NCBI GenBank assembly: GCA_016785015.1
Contig: JADHTJ010000006.1
Span: forward strand, 18,927-82,926
Origin: Anaerolineales bacterium
GTDB taxonomy: Bacteria; Chloroflexota; Anaerolineae; Anaerolineales; UBA11858
Direction: 5' to 3'
Length of the DNA: 64,000 bases
Shown: piece by piece, positions 39,508 to 48,960 of the stretch
Numbering within the stretch: the first letter of the stretch is position 1
How the letters are laid out: each line of letters begins with the position of its first letter
Notes under the pieces: generated by a model
The model's database searches: none
Told to the model about the DNA's origin: nothing
Seen by the model: the letters and a program-made list of their open reading frames with translations, nothing else
Made by a program: the position numbers and the translations under genes

Positions 39508-40225
39508 AAACACATTCGATATTTTGCTGCTGATTGCCCGCCCTGCAGCAGGAAAAAGTGAGATTATCGATCATCTAAAAAACACCGCTGTTGAAGATCG
39601 CAAAAAAACCTACCACATTGGTGAGTTCGAAGAGATTGATGATTTTCCTATGCTTTGGACCTGGTTCGAAGAAGATCGCATTCTGGAGGATATGGGATAC
39701 CCACGACTGCACTCCGACATACAGCGAAACTTCAAATATGATTATCTCTGGAATGTACTTATAAAACGGATTTGTCAGGAATATCAAAAAATAATGCGCG
39801 ACGATCCAGACTATCATGACACAAAAACGACCATTATCGAATTTGCCAGGGGTTCTGCGCACGGTGGGTTCGCTCAGGCTTTCCAACATTTGAGCCGCCA
39901 AGTTGCAGAGAGAGCAGCAATTTTATATATTGATGTGTCCTGGGAAGAATCTCTACGCAAAAATCGCAAACGTTATAACCCCGAGAAACCCGACAGCGTT
40001 CTCGAACACGGTTTATCAGATATTAAGATGGAAACCCTTTATCGTCATTCAGATTGGGATAAAGTCAGTTCTGCAAACCCAGAATTCATCGAGATCCAAG
40101 GGGTCAAGGTGCCGTATGCAGTTTTCGAAAACGAAGATGATGTCACCACCGAGCGTGGCGAGGCACTCGCTAACAGGCTAAAATCTTCTTTTAATACTTT
40201 GTGGAATCTGTATCTTGGAGAATAG
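39497..40225 (+). CDS. P-loop NTPase, nucleotide-kinase-like, unknown function
   Basis: LLIARPAAGKS Walker A; IIEFARG; start overlaps the upstream gene end. Confidence 0.75.
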   Translation: MKSKNTFDILLLIARPAAGKSEIIDHLKNTAVEDRKKTYHIGEFEEIDDFPMLWTWFEEDRILEDMGYPRLHSDIQRNFKYDYLWNVLIKRICQEYQKIMRDDPDYHDTKTTIIEFARGSAHGGFAQAFQHLSRQVAERAAILYIDVSWEESLRKNRKRYNPEKPDSVLEHGLSDIKMETLYRHSDWDKVSSANPEFIEIQGVKVPYAVFENEDDVTTERGEALANRLKSSFNTLWNLYLGE

Positions 40226-40229
40226 CTCG

Positions 40230-40724
40230 ATAGTGTTGAAATTTCTTTAATGGGTAAATTGATGTTGAACACTTTGCCTTGTCATTCAGAGGAGCGCAGG
40301 AAGCGCAGCGGCTGCAGCGACGAAGCTTGCCCTGAGCAAGTCGAAGGGAATCCCTGGAAGGTCGAGCCAGTTTATACCTGCATTGGCTCAAATGTATTGA
40401 ACGTATCAGGGATTCTTCGCTCCGCTCAGAATGACATAAGTGTTCAAAGTATTATCACCCATTACATAGTGTTGAAATTTCAAAAAATTTTAGGAGTTAC
40501 CACCCACGATGTGGTTCGCATCCATTTCGAGAGAGTGTCCCAAATGTCAACGCGGCCTAATCACGACAAAGTATTTATAGTAGATTGTCAAAAAAGTGTC
40601 ACTCTGAGCGAAGCGAAGAGTCTCCTACCCTACGGGCAGAGATTCTCACCTGCACTTGCAGCGCAGGTGCAAGTCTCACCCCTTGCCACAGGCACGCCTT
40701 CGGCGACGGGGTTCAGAATGACAG
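40230..40724. repeat. Cluster of nested repeats (family A doublets, an IR shell and a GTGTTGA-ended element)
   Basis: tgtca...tgaca at 40280-40436 and 40597-40724; 16-bp direct repeat at 40230 and 40466. Confidence 0.8.
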
Positions 40725-40778
40725 AAAATTAAAGGACTTACAGAGTCCACTTAAAACTTCTCCGATAAAGGGGTTGCC

Positions 40779-42089
40779 ATGAAAACACAAAACATAGTCG
40801 CAATAATTGGCCTACTCATGCTTGCGTTGGGGGCTTGCTCAAGTCCAAGCATTGTAACTGAAGAAACACCTACGCCTAGCGATATTCCTCGACCCACACA
40901 CGCGCCTGCTGCGACAGCTATTATTACACCTACTTCAATTCCTGAAACTTCAGAACCAGAAAAGTCTGGCCCAATTGGCGTTATTTCTTTTGAAAGCGGA
41001 ACCGAATTAGTCAGGCTGAGTTCTCTTGACGGGCAGCTGATAGATGAATGGCAGTTTCCTGGATATTCTTTCGGACCTCAATCGGATAACAATTTCCATT
41101 TCGGAGGTCAAGTTGAAAATGGTCTGATCGCGTCACCCTGCATCTTTCAGTCATTTCTCAATCAAGAAACACACATTGTCTACCACGAGGACAAAGCGCT
41201 CGTACCTCTTCAAGAAATATCCCAATTGATTAATATGGTCGGCGCTCCGGGTAAACCTTTGGTTGCCTATTCATTCTTAGATTCCCAAACCCTGCAATCG
41301 TTCAATGAAAAGCGCCTTCAAGCGCCGCCAGACGAGGCAGCCGAAACAACCATTCAACCAGAATATGTTCAAAGTTGGCTGTATGCTGGATCGCCTACAA
41401 CCTTGGCTGACGCGCAAGCGATCATTTCCAGGGCTGACGATAATGGTTATGTTATCTATCCCCTGTCAGTGCAATTGGAGGAAGATGAGATGGTGGGGGT
41501 CTGGTATACGCTTGAGCCCAAAGGCGTCGTTGGTATGGGTCCAATTTTCTTCAGAGGTTTCAGTCGCCTCTATTATGCCGATCTACAGACGGGTTTGATT
41601 GATGAAGTGTTGGGACGTGGATTCAGCACATTGGCGCTTTCCACTGACCAAACCACGGTGGCGTACGAAGATAGTGGCATGAACGATCAAGCCATTGTCA
41701 CCATCCATAATTTGGTCAATGGGAAAATCAAGTTCATCGATGTGCTGCCAGACACACATCCCACCGGAGTCGGTGATGCACACTTCTCTCCATCTGGGGA
41801 ATTCCTGGCCTGGCGGGAAGTTGGCCTGGGGGAAGAGGATCTATACTCAATTATTCGAATCGCCTCTCCAACAGAAGCATTGCTTTTCGAATTGCACTCA
41901 CAAGAGATCACTGCCCAAATAGACAGAGAAAATATTCGCTGGATATTAATTGCTGGCTGGTTGGATGACGAGACTCTGTTAATCGAGGTAGATTTTGATG
42001 GGGGGACTGATTTATACAGCGCACACATTGACGGAAGTGAAGTGGAGTACTTGGTTTCAGGAAAATTCTTGGGATTTGCGTATCCTTAA
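40779..42089 (+). CDS. Lipoprotein, probable beta-propeller
   Basis: LALGAC lipobox; Pro/Thr linker; LSTDQTTVAY, FSPSGEFLAW, GWLDDETLLI. Confidence 0.75.
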   Translation: MKTQNIVAIIGLLMLALGACSSPSIVTEETPTPSDIPRPTHAPAATAIITPTSIPETSEPEKSGPIGVISFESGTELVRLSSLDGQLIDEWQFPGYSFGPQSDNNFHFGGQVENGLIASPCIFQSFLNQETHIVYHEDKALVPLQEISQLINMVGAPGKPLVAYSFLDSQTLQSFNEKRLQAPPDEAAETTIQPEYVQSWLYAGSPTTLADAQAIISRADDNGYVIYPLSVQLEEDEMVGVWYTLEPKGVVGMGPIFFRGFSRLYYADLQTGLIDEVLGRGFSTLALSTDQTTVAYEDSGMNDQAIVTIHNLVNGKIKFIDVLPDTHPTGVGDAHFSPSGEFLAWREVGLGEEDLYSIIRIASPTEALLFELHSQEITAQIDRENIRWILIAGWLDDETLLIEVDFDGGTDLYSAHIDGSEVEYLVSGKFLGFAYP

Positions 42090-42184
42090 CTGATGTTACG
42101 CAGGACTGGCAGTCCTTAGGAGAGAAATTCCCATGCTCCAACCAAATTTATCAGGACTGCCAGTCCTATAGTGCGTAATATGAG
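42090..42184. mobile_element. MITE-like element, TIR CTGATGTTACGCA, with different cargo
   Basis: Exact 7-bp TSD tccttaa, which includes the upstream stop codon; cargo is a ggactggcagtcc hairpin doublet. Confidence 0.8.
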
Positions 42185-42230
42185 TCCTTAATTCAAACCA
42201 AAATTAATCTTCTAGAAGCAATCTTAAATA

Positions 42231-42349
42231 TGTCATTCTGAGTGAAGCGAGGAATCTGAACATCTGATTTCGAGAGACACTTCGGTCGCTCGCCACAGTC
42301 GCGGATGCATTGGAGCCATCTTTCACATTGGCGGCTCCCTCAGTGTGAC
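42231..42349. repeat. Family A palindromic repeat
   Basis: tgtcattctgagtgaagcgaggaatct...agacacttcggtcg...ctcagtgtgaca. Confidence 0.75.
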
Positions 42350-42386
42350 AATGAGTTTTTTCGAGACAAGTACACGCAATCTAGAA

Positions 42387-43268
42387 TCACTTATCCAGAA
42401 CTTGCCTGGCCTTCTCCCATCCTGCACGTATGCGCATTTCAATAGCTTCCTTGGAGAAATCTAAAGTATCCCCTAAGTTATCATCGGGCTGAATAATTTT
42501 GCAATCGTAATATTTGTACGGTTTCCCCTTCTCGTTGTGCAAAGTAACCCCGGCGGCCTGAGCCTCCTTGACATTGTGATTAATGCGCAGGAATTCGCGT
42601 AAATCGGTGATGAAGATTTCATTGAGCATGACTTCGAGGGTGTGCAACCCGATATCCAACGCATTGCGCAAGGGGCGTGTGGCAACGGGCGAAGTATCGG
42701 GGCTGCAGTTGATGATCACCACTTCGTCTGGGTCAGTATCCAGCACATCACCCAAGGGAGAGATATTGCGCACACCACCATCAACCATATCGGGATATGC
42801 GGCTGAAACATGCACTGGTTTCCATACGATGGGGATAGCCGTTGAGGCCAAAATAGCTTGCTCAAATCCAGGCTCTGTGGGTACAAAGCGGACATATTCG
42901 CCTGTGCGTAACGATACAGCCCCAATGCGCAAATCGATCTCGACTTTATCAGGCTCAAATTCAGCTTGCAGCAACTCCCGCAGTGGATCATTATTCAAGA
43001 TCGATTTCGCGCCGAAGACAATTTTCAACATCGACCAAAAATTGAGTTTACCCTTATAAACTTGCTCAGCGGAGATATTCCACCACAATTCTTCAAGGCG
43101 CTGATACTTCTTCATCGCCAGCATAACGGCATTAAGCGCCCCCACCGAGACTCCTGCGATCACATCCCACTGGTAGCCTTTCTCCTCACGCGCATACTTC
43201 TCTGCGATAAATTGGAAGGCACCTTTAGCACCACCGCCACTCAGAACCAGGGCTGTTTTTTTATTCAT
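42387..43268 (-). CDS. Patatin-like phospholipase
   Basis: LVLSGGGAKG, GVSVG nucleophile, ASTAIP, VDGG. Confidence 0.95.
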   Translation of the reverse strand: MNKKTALVLSGGGAKGAFQFIAEKYAREEKGYQWDVIAGVSVGALNAVMLAMKKYQRLEELWWNISAEQVYKGKLNFWSMLKIVFGAKSILNNDPLRELLQAEFEPDKVEIDLRIGAVSLRTGEYVRFVPTEPGFEQAILASTAIPIVWKPVHVSAAYPDMVDGGVRNISPLGDVLDTDPDEVVIINCSPDTSPVATRPLRNALDIGLHTLEVMLNEIFITDLREFLRINHNVKEAQAAGVTLHNEKGKPYKYYDCKIIQPDDNLGDTLDFSKEAIEMRIRAGWEKARQVLDK

Positions 43269-43314
43269 TTTTTTTGCTTCCTAAAGTATTCCGTCTCACA
43301 AATAATTATTTGAT

Positions 43315-43429
43315 CTGGACTTACGCAGAATTTGTATTTCCAGGGTAGGAACCCAACCGCGTTGGGTGTCGGTTTGCCTGTTCTACGCCCAACACGGTTG
43401 GGCTAGCTACCCTAAGTGCGTAAGTCCTG
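43315..43429. mobile_element. MITE-like element, copy of 22618-22731
   Basis: ctggacttacgca...tgcgtaagtcctg; exact 5-bp TSD ttgat. Confidence 0.85.
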
Positions 43430-43554
43430 TTGATGTCATTGCGAACGCAGCACAGCGGAGTGTGGCAATCTCCAGACAATGGTTCAGACTGTTTCACTTC
43501 GCTCGAAATGGCATAATTAAGAAACATTTTTGGAATTACTTTAACGAGTATTTC

Positions 43555-44301
43555 TTACTCTTTCTGGAAAGTCACCTGGCCCTCAACAGCGTCATCCCAG
43601 GGGTATGCTTCGAATGGTTTGGCCGCTTCACGAATAGCAGGGTCATCGGAATAGCGGCCGCGGAAATCTTCAGGCAACTGCTCAGCAATTTTTTCCATGA
43701 TGGCATGGCCAATCTCATCAAGCCGCTCGCGGCGCTCACGCCCGCGCCCCTTGACTTCAAAGGGGCCAAAGGGTTCTCCGATATTGATTTTGATCACCGG
43801 GCGGTTGATGATCCGCAGCGGGAAGAGATTCTCTAAACCCACAATCCCAACCGGAATGATTGAAACCTTACTGCGGGTGGCGATATAGGCTACGCCCGGA
43901 CGCGGCGGGCGCAATACTTGCGCCCAGGCACCACCCTCAGGGAAGATATTCAAGACACCGCCACTCTTCAGCCAGCCTTCAGCTAACTTCAAGGCATCGC
44001 GCGAGCCGGTGCCGCGATGCACCCAAAATGCGCCCCACAATTTGGGGAATAGGGCAGCCCAGGCAGGCGCGAAACCAGCTACTGCGCCAGCGATGAAATT
44101 TGTCTTCCAAGGTGTGATGCGGATCAGCACTACTGGGTCTGCAAAGCTAAAGTGGTTAGCGACCAGAATGTAAGGTCCTTTTTTAGGCTGGTTCTGCTTG
44201 CCGTTGATCTCCAATTTGGTAAAGATACCCAGGGCAAGGTAAATCAGGGATTTGAAAAGTAATCGTACGGGGGCGCGTTTGGGGAAATTGTATTGGGGCA
44301 T
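43555..44301 (-). CDS. plsC: 1-acyl-sn-glycerol-3-phosphate acyltransferase (paralog 2)
   Basis: NHFSFAD (HX4D), FPEG. Confidence 0.9.
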   Translation of the reverse strand: MPQYNFPKRAPVRLLFKSLIYLALGIFTKLEINGKQNQPKKGPYILVANHFSFADPVVLIRITPWKTNFIAGAVAGFAPAWAALFPKLWGAFWVHRGTGSRDALKLAEGWLKSGGVLNIFPEGGAWAQVLRPPRPGVAYIATRSKVSIIPVGIVGLENLFPLRIINRPVIKINIGEPFGPFEVKGRGRERRERLDEIGHAIMEKIAEQLPEDFRGRYSDDPAIREAAKPFEAYPWDDAVEGQVTFQKE

Positions 44302-44412
44302 TTTTTGCTCTTCGTTGGATTCAAGAATAATGTCAAAATATTCTAACGCGAAGACGCGAAGTTCGAAAGTCGCAAAGATTTTAAATTAATTTCAGCAGAT
44401 CACGATTTCAGT

Positions 44413-44647
44413 ATCACTCTGAGCGCAGCGAAGAGTCTCCCGCCTTTCGGGTGGAGATTCTTCGCTGCGCTACTAATGACAAACATGTGTCATGCTGAGC
44501 CGAAGGCGAAGCATCTCGCGCACGGATGCGCCAGACTCTTCGCTCCGCAAAGCTGCGCTCAGACTTGTACTGAGCCTGCCGAAGTGCTTGTACTGAGCCT
44601 GTCGAAGTGCCTGTCCTGCGACCGAAGGAAGTGTCGAAGGAATGACA
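44413..44647. repeat. Two tandem family A doublets with an inserted 23-nt module array
   Basis: tcactctgagcgcagcgaagagtct...agattcttcgctgcgct; two copies of cttgtactgagcctgYcgaagtg. Confidence 0.85.
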
Positions 44648-44751
44648 TAATTGCATTTTCAGTTTGAGCAGTGCTTAACGCGCTGTAGATATACTCAGAA
44701 TGACACTTTGAGACGCCCCACAGGCTACTACGTTGCTACCGCGTCTTTGCG

Positions 44752-45504
44752 TTAATTAATCAACCCGCCGCTGTCGACCTGGCCTTCTGGATTCTCATCC
44801 CAGGGGTAGGCTTCGAACTCCTTGGCCGCTTCACGCAAGGCAGGATCAGCAGAATAACTGCCGCGCAACTCCTCGGGCAACAACTTAGCGATTTCCTGCA
44901 TGATCATGTGGCCAATCTCGTCGAGCTGTTCGCGGCGCTCACGACCGCGACCGCTAACTTTGAAGGGGCCAAAGGGCTTTCCAATATTGATCACCGGCTT
45001 GGCACGCTTGCGTAAGCGAGCTGGAAATACCTGCGTAAACCCATACAAACTAACGGGCAATAATTTTGCTCCCGAACGCGCCGCCAGGTAAGCGGTACCA
45101 GGGCGGGCAGGGCGCAGGATGGTGGCCCAGCTGCCGCCTTCGGGGAAAACGCCTAAGACGCCATCTTGCCCCAGAATTGCCTCGCCAGCGCGCAAGGCTT
45201 CCGTTGAACCCGTACCGCGATAAAGCTTATGAAAACCCCACAGGGCAGTAAAGAATGGCCCCCAGCGTGGAGAAAAAGGAGGCAAAGCTGCGCCGATGAA
45301 ATCCATCGGCCAGGGGGAGAAGCGCACGAATGCGACAGGGTCAAGAAAACAGAAGTGATTGCCGACGACAAGCAGTGGCCCCTTCTCGGGCAAATTCTCG
45401 CGGCCGAGCACCTTGACTTCGGCGAATAAGGCCAAAGCCGGTATCGAGAGTTGGTGCATCACCCAACGCAGAACTCGACGACGGGGGTATCTGTATTCAG
45501 GCAT
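44752..45504 (-). CDS. plsC: 1-acyl-sn-glycerol-3-phosphate acyltransferase (paralog 1)
   Basis: NHFCFLD, FPEG; collinear with 43555-44301. Confidence 0.9.
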   Translation of the reverse strand: MPEYRYPRRRVLRWVMHQLSIPALALFAEVKVLGRENLPEKGPLLVVGNHFCFLDPVAFVRFSPWPMDFIGAALPPFSPRWGPFFTALWGFHKLYRGTGSTEALRAGEAILGQDGVLGVFPEGGSWATILRPARPGTAYLAARSGAKLLPVSLYGFTQVFPARLRKRAKPVINIGKPFGPFKVSGRGRERREQLDEIGHMIMQEIAKLLPEELRGSYSADPALREAAKEFEAYPWDENPEGQVDSGGLIN

Positions 45505-45582
45505 TAATTCCCTCTACCAAAACATACCCAGTCTGAGCGGAGCGCCTCTTCCCCATCGGGGCTCCGCTCAGGATGATAGTTT

Positions 45583-46911
45583 CTAATCCACCGCGGCAAT
45601 CGGCGATTCGAATGACGCGGCCCGCGCTTTGGCTTCATTGACAGCCAGCAGGATGATCAGGCCAGCCAGCAAGAAGAAGATGATCGAAACAATGGCGGCG
45701 CGCTGACCGGCGATTTCTGCGGAGAGCAGATCCATACCGCGGTCGGCCGCATAAAAGATGGCCGCTTCAGCAGCAATAATACCGTAAACAGTCGGCCCAA
45801 TGAAAGATGAAGTACGCCCAGCAATGGCGAAGAAACCAAAGAATTCGCCGCTGCGACCTTCAGGGGCAAACAGGCCCACCATCGTGCGGCTCAACGACTG
45901 CACGCCTGTCAGGGCGAACCCAGCAAAAGCGCCAATCACGAAATAGCCGTTCAATGTGCGCGTGAAGAGCATGGCCACAACCACACCAATCATCATAACC
46001 ACCGAAAAGATCAATGAGCGCTTATAGCCAAATTTGTCGCCGATTACCGCAAAGAGATATGCCCCAGCGACGCTGGTCACCTGCACGACGATCATGAAGA
46101 TGATTAATTGCGTCTGGTTCATGCCAAAGAGCACCGCGCCGATAATGGCAGCAAAATTCATCGCCATCAGGATGCCATCGTTATAGATCAAGAAGGCGAC
46201 GATGAATTTGATAAATTCTTTGAAATGGCGGATAGAGCGGAAAGTCTTGCCAATTCGCTTGAAAGCGATAGAAATGTAACTCTCTCCCTCGGGCAATGTC
46301 TGCGCCTGGGCGCGTTCTTGAATCCAACGGAAAACCGGGATGGCTGAGATGACAAAGAATACCGACGTAAAGACCAGTGCCAGCCGTACCACCAAAGTTC
46401 CGCCAACGATCACGATTGGAGGCAATACAATCAAAAGGCACAGAATCCCACCCAACGACCCAATTGCCCATCCGTTTCCGGACACGCGGCCCAATTCCTC
46501 GGGTTCAGCAATCTCAGGAAGCAGGGAGTTATAAAATACCTGTCCCCCACGATATCCGATCTCTGCCAAAATAAAGAAGGTCATCCCCAAGAAAATGTCA
46601 CCTTTCTGAACAAAGAAAAGCAGTGCGGTGAAGGTCCAAGTTACAATGGAAAAGCCTAATAAGAACTTCTTCTTCGAGGCAGAAAAATCGGCTAGAGAGC
46701 CTAAGATGGGTGCGATGACTGCTACCACCAACATGGCGATTCCAATCGAGATCCCCCACAGGCGAGAACCCTCTGCACCACCGACAACTTCCCCCTTAAA
46801 ATAGGCTGAATAAATTGCTAATAAGACCACCGCAGCATAAGCCGAATTACCAAAATCATACAGGTACCAGGCCAGGTGTTCACGGTTCATGGTTTTTAAT
46901 TTAGAGAACAT
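45583..46911 (-). CDS. MFS transporter, UMF1/Atg22-like
   Basis: AWYLYDFGNS, FYNSLLP, SGNGWAIGSLG, FLIYNDG, QSLSR, EFFGF. Confidence 0.88.
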   Translation of the reverse strand: MFSKLKTMNREHLAWYLYDFGNSAYAAVVLLAIYSAYFKGEVVGGAEGSRLWGISIGIAMLVVAVIAPILGSLADFSASKKKFLLGFSIVTWTFTALLFFVQKGDIFLGMTFFILAEIGYRGGQVFYNSLLPEIAEPEELGRVSGNGWAIGSLGGILCLLIVLPPIVIVGGTLVVRLALVFTSVFFVISAIPVFRWIQERAQAQTLPEGESYISIAFKRIGKTFRSIRHFKEFIKFIVAFLIYNDGILMAMNFAAIIGAVLFGMNQTQLIIFMIVVQVTSVAGAYLFAVIGDKFGYKRSLIFSVVMMIGVVVAMLFTRTLNGYFVIGAFAGFALTGVQSLSRTMVGLFAPEGRSGEFFGFFAIAGRTSSFIGPTVYGIIAAEAAIFYAADRGMDLLSAEIAGQRAAIVSIIFFLLAGLIILLAVNEAKARAASFESPIAAVD

Positions 46912-46994
46912 AAGACCATCCTTTTGTCAGGCGAATAATAAATGTGGATCAGATGATTACCATGGTAAGATTCCCAAAGTTGCTGCTCGCTCGG

Positions 46995-47083
46995 TAGTGT
47001 TGACATTTCAATAATTAGCAAAAGTGCTAGCCGAAATTTACAAGGATCATTTCAGGAGAGAAGTCTCCAAATGTCAACACGGC
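46995..47083. mobile_element. Short IR-bounded element of about 90 bp (gtgttgacattt...aaatgtcaacac)
   Basis: Homologous to 40467-40556; no clear TSD. Confidence 0.55.
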
Positions 47084-47147
47084 ATAATCTTATCATACGA
47101 ATCTTTCTATCCCTTTTAGAAACCCGAATACAGGAGAATCGTTACCC

Positions 47148-48959
47148 ATGACACAAAAATCGCTATCCCACCGCAGTGAAGTCCCTATTGAGCAAACCTG
47201 GAATCTTGAAAGCATTTTCGCCACTCCGGAATCCTGGCAGGAGAATTATCAAAACGTAATTGCTCGGCTGCCGGAGATTGAAAAATTTCAGGGCAAATTA
47301 GGCGAAAATCCCAAAAATTTGCTGCAGGGTTTGAGCGTTTTTGAAGAAATCTTTATCCCAGGTATGCAGGTTTATGTTTACGCCGGATTGGCTGCGTCGG
47401 TGGACGTTGGCGATCAGGATGCCGCGGCTCGCTTCGGCCAGGCGCGCGGCTTACTGGCCAAAGTGCGTACTGCGACGGCATTTGTGGAACCGGAGATCAT
47501 GGCGATTGGATTTGATGCGCTGGAAAAATGGATGGGGGAAGAATCGGAATTAGCAGTATATGAACACTATTTCGATCAACTAAAAAAACGCGCTGCTCAT
47601 GTTCGCTCTCCTGAGGTCGAGGAGGTGATTGCCATGGTGAGCGATCCCTTGCCTCCGAGGATGACCCTGGCAGCTTACGCCTCGCTAACCAACGCCGACC
47701 TGAAGTTCAAGCCTGCGATTGGCTCCGAGGGGGAAGAAAATGAAGTTGGCCAGAGCAGTATCGGCTCATTGATCACACACTCCGACCGAGAAATCCGCCG
47801 TACCGCCTGGGAGAATTATGCTGATTCATATTTGGATTTCAAGAACACACTCAGCAGCATCCAGACGCAGGTAATCCAGCGCGATGTCTTCAACATGCGC
47901 GCCCATAATTACGATTCGTCTCTGCAGGCTTCGCTGAAACCCAACGACATCCCCGAGGAAGTATTCCACAACCTGATCGAGGTCTTCAAGAAAAATTTAC
48001 CCACCTGGCACCGCTATTGGCGCATCCGCCGAAAAGCGCTTGGGTACGACAATTTCCACGTTTACGATATCAAAGCCCCTGTAATGGAAAAAACCCCTGC
48101 GGTGCCTTACGCCCAGGCCGTAGAGTGGATCTGCGAGGGCATGATGCCCTTGGGCGATGAATATGTCGAGGCAATGCGCGCCGGATGCACCAGCAAACGC
48201 TGGGTTGATCGAGCGCTCAACAAGGGCAAACGCCAGGGCGCATTCTCTTGGGGCTCCTACGGCACGCAGCCCTTCATCATGATGAGCTACTCCGATGACA
48301 TCTTCAGCCTGAGTACCTTGGCCCATGAGTTAGGCCATTCGATGCACTCCTACTATACCCGCAAGACACAGCCGTTCACTTACTCTCAATACTCGCTCTT
48401 TGTAGCAGAAGTGGCTTCCAATTTTAACCAGGCCATGACGCGCGAATACTTGGTCAACACGCTGGACGACGCGACCTTGCAGTTGGCTCTGGTCGAGGAA
48501 GCCATGGCTAACTATCACAGGTATTTCTTCATTATGCCCACCTTGGCGCGTTGGGAACTCGAGATGCATCAACGTATCGAAGAGGGCAAACCAGTCAGCG
48601 CGCAAAGTATGATCGACCTGGCCGCGGAGTTATTCAAAGAAGGTTATGCCGACGAAGTCGAATTCGATCACGACCGCATTGGTATCACCTGGGCGCAGTT
48701 CGGCCATATGTATATGGATTTCTACGTATATCAATACGCCACAGGGATCTCGGGTGCCAATGCCTTAGCAGATACTGTTTTAGCTGGAAAAGAAGGCGCC
48801 GCCGAAAAGTACATCGACTTCCTGAAGGCTGGAAATTCACAATACCCCTTAGATGCCTTGAAGGCCGCCGGCGTAGATATGACATCGCCCGAACCCGTTG
48901 AGAAAGCCTTCGCCGTGCTGGCAAGTTATGTAGATAAGTTTGAAGAATTGGTGAATTAA
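47148..48959 (+). CDS. pepF: Oligoendopeptidase F (M3B)
   Basis: TWNLESIF, GKRQGAFS, TLAHELGHSMH (HEXXH), AEVASNFN, FYVYQYATG. Confidence 0.96.
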   Translation: MTQKSLSHRSEVPIEQTWNLESIFATPESWQENYQNVIARLPEIEKFQGKLGENPKNLLQGLSVFEEIFIPGMQVYVYAGLAASVDVGDQDAAARFGQARGLLAKVRTATAFVEPEIMAIGFDALEKWMGEESELAVYEHYFDQLKKRAAHVRSPEVEEVIAMVSDPLPPRMTLAAYASLTNADLKFKPAIGSEGEENEVGQSSIGSLITHSDREIRRTAWENYADSYLDFKNTLSSIQTQVIQRDVFNMRAHNYDSSLQASLKPNDIPEEVFHNLIEVFKKNLPTWHRYWRIRRKALGYDNFHVYDIKAPVMEKTPAVPYAQAVEWICEGMMPLGDEYVEAMRAGCTSKRWVDRALNKGKRQGAFSWGSYGTQPFIMMSYSDDIFSLSTLAHELGHSMHSYYTRKTQPFTYSQYSLFVAEVASNFNQAMTREYLVNTLDDATLQLALVEEAMANYHRYFFIMPTLARWELEMHQRIEEGKPVSAQSMIDLAAELFKEGYADEVEFDHDRIGITWAQFGHMYMDFYVYQYATGISGANALADTVLAGKEGAAEKYIDFLKAGNSQYPLDALKAAGVDMTSPEPVEKAFAVLASYVDKFEELVN

Positions 48960-48960
48960 T

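Noticed and set aside
40250-40732. 160-aa ORF in the track
   Set aside because: It consists entirely of translated palindromic repeats (CHSEER..., ILRSAQND) and has no RBS. The same applies to 44414-44667, 43366-43836, 23465-23851 and 54390-54659.
44556-44647. CRISPR-like direct repeats
   Set aside because: The 23-nt units are directly adjacent with no spacers.
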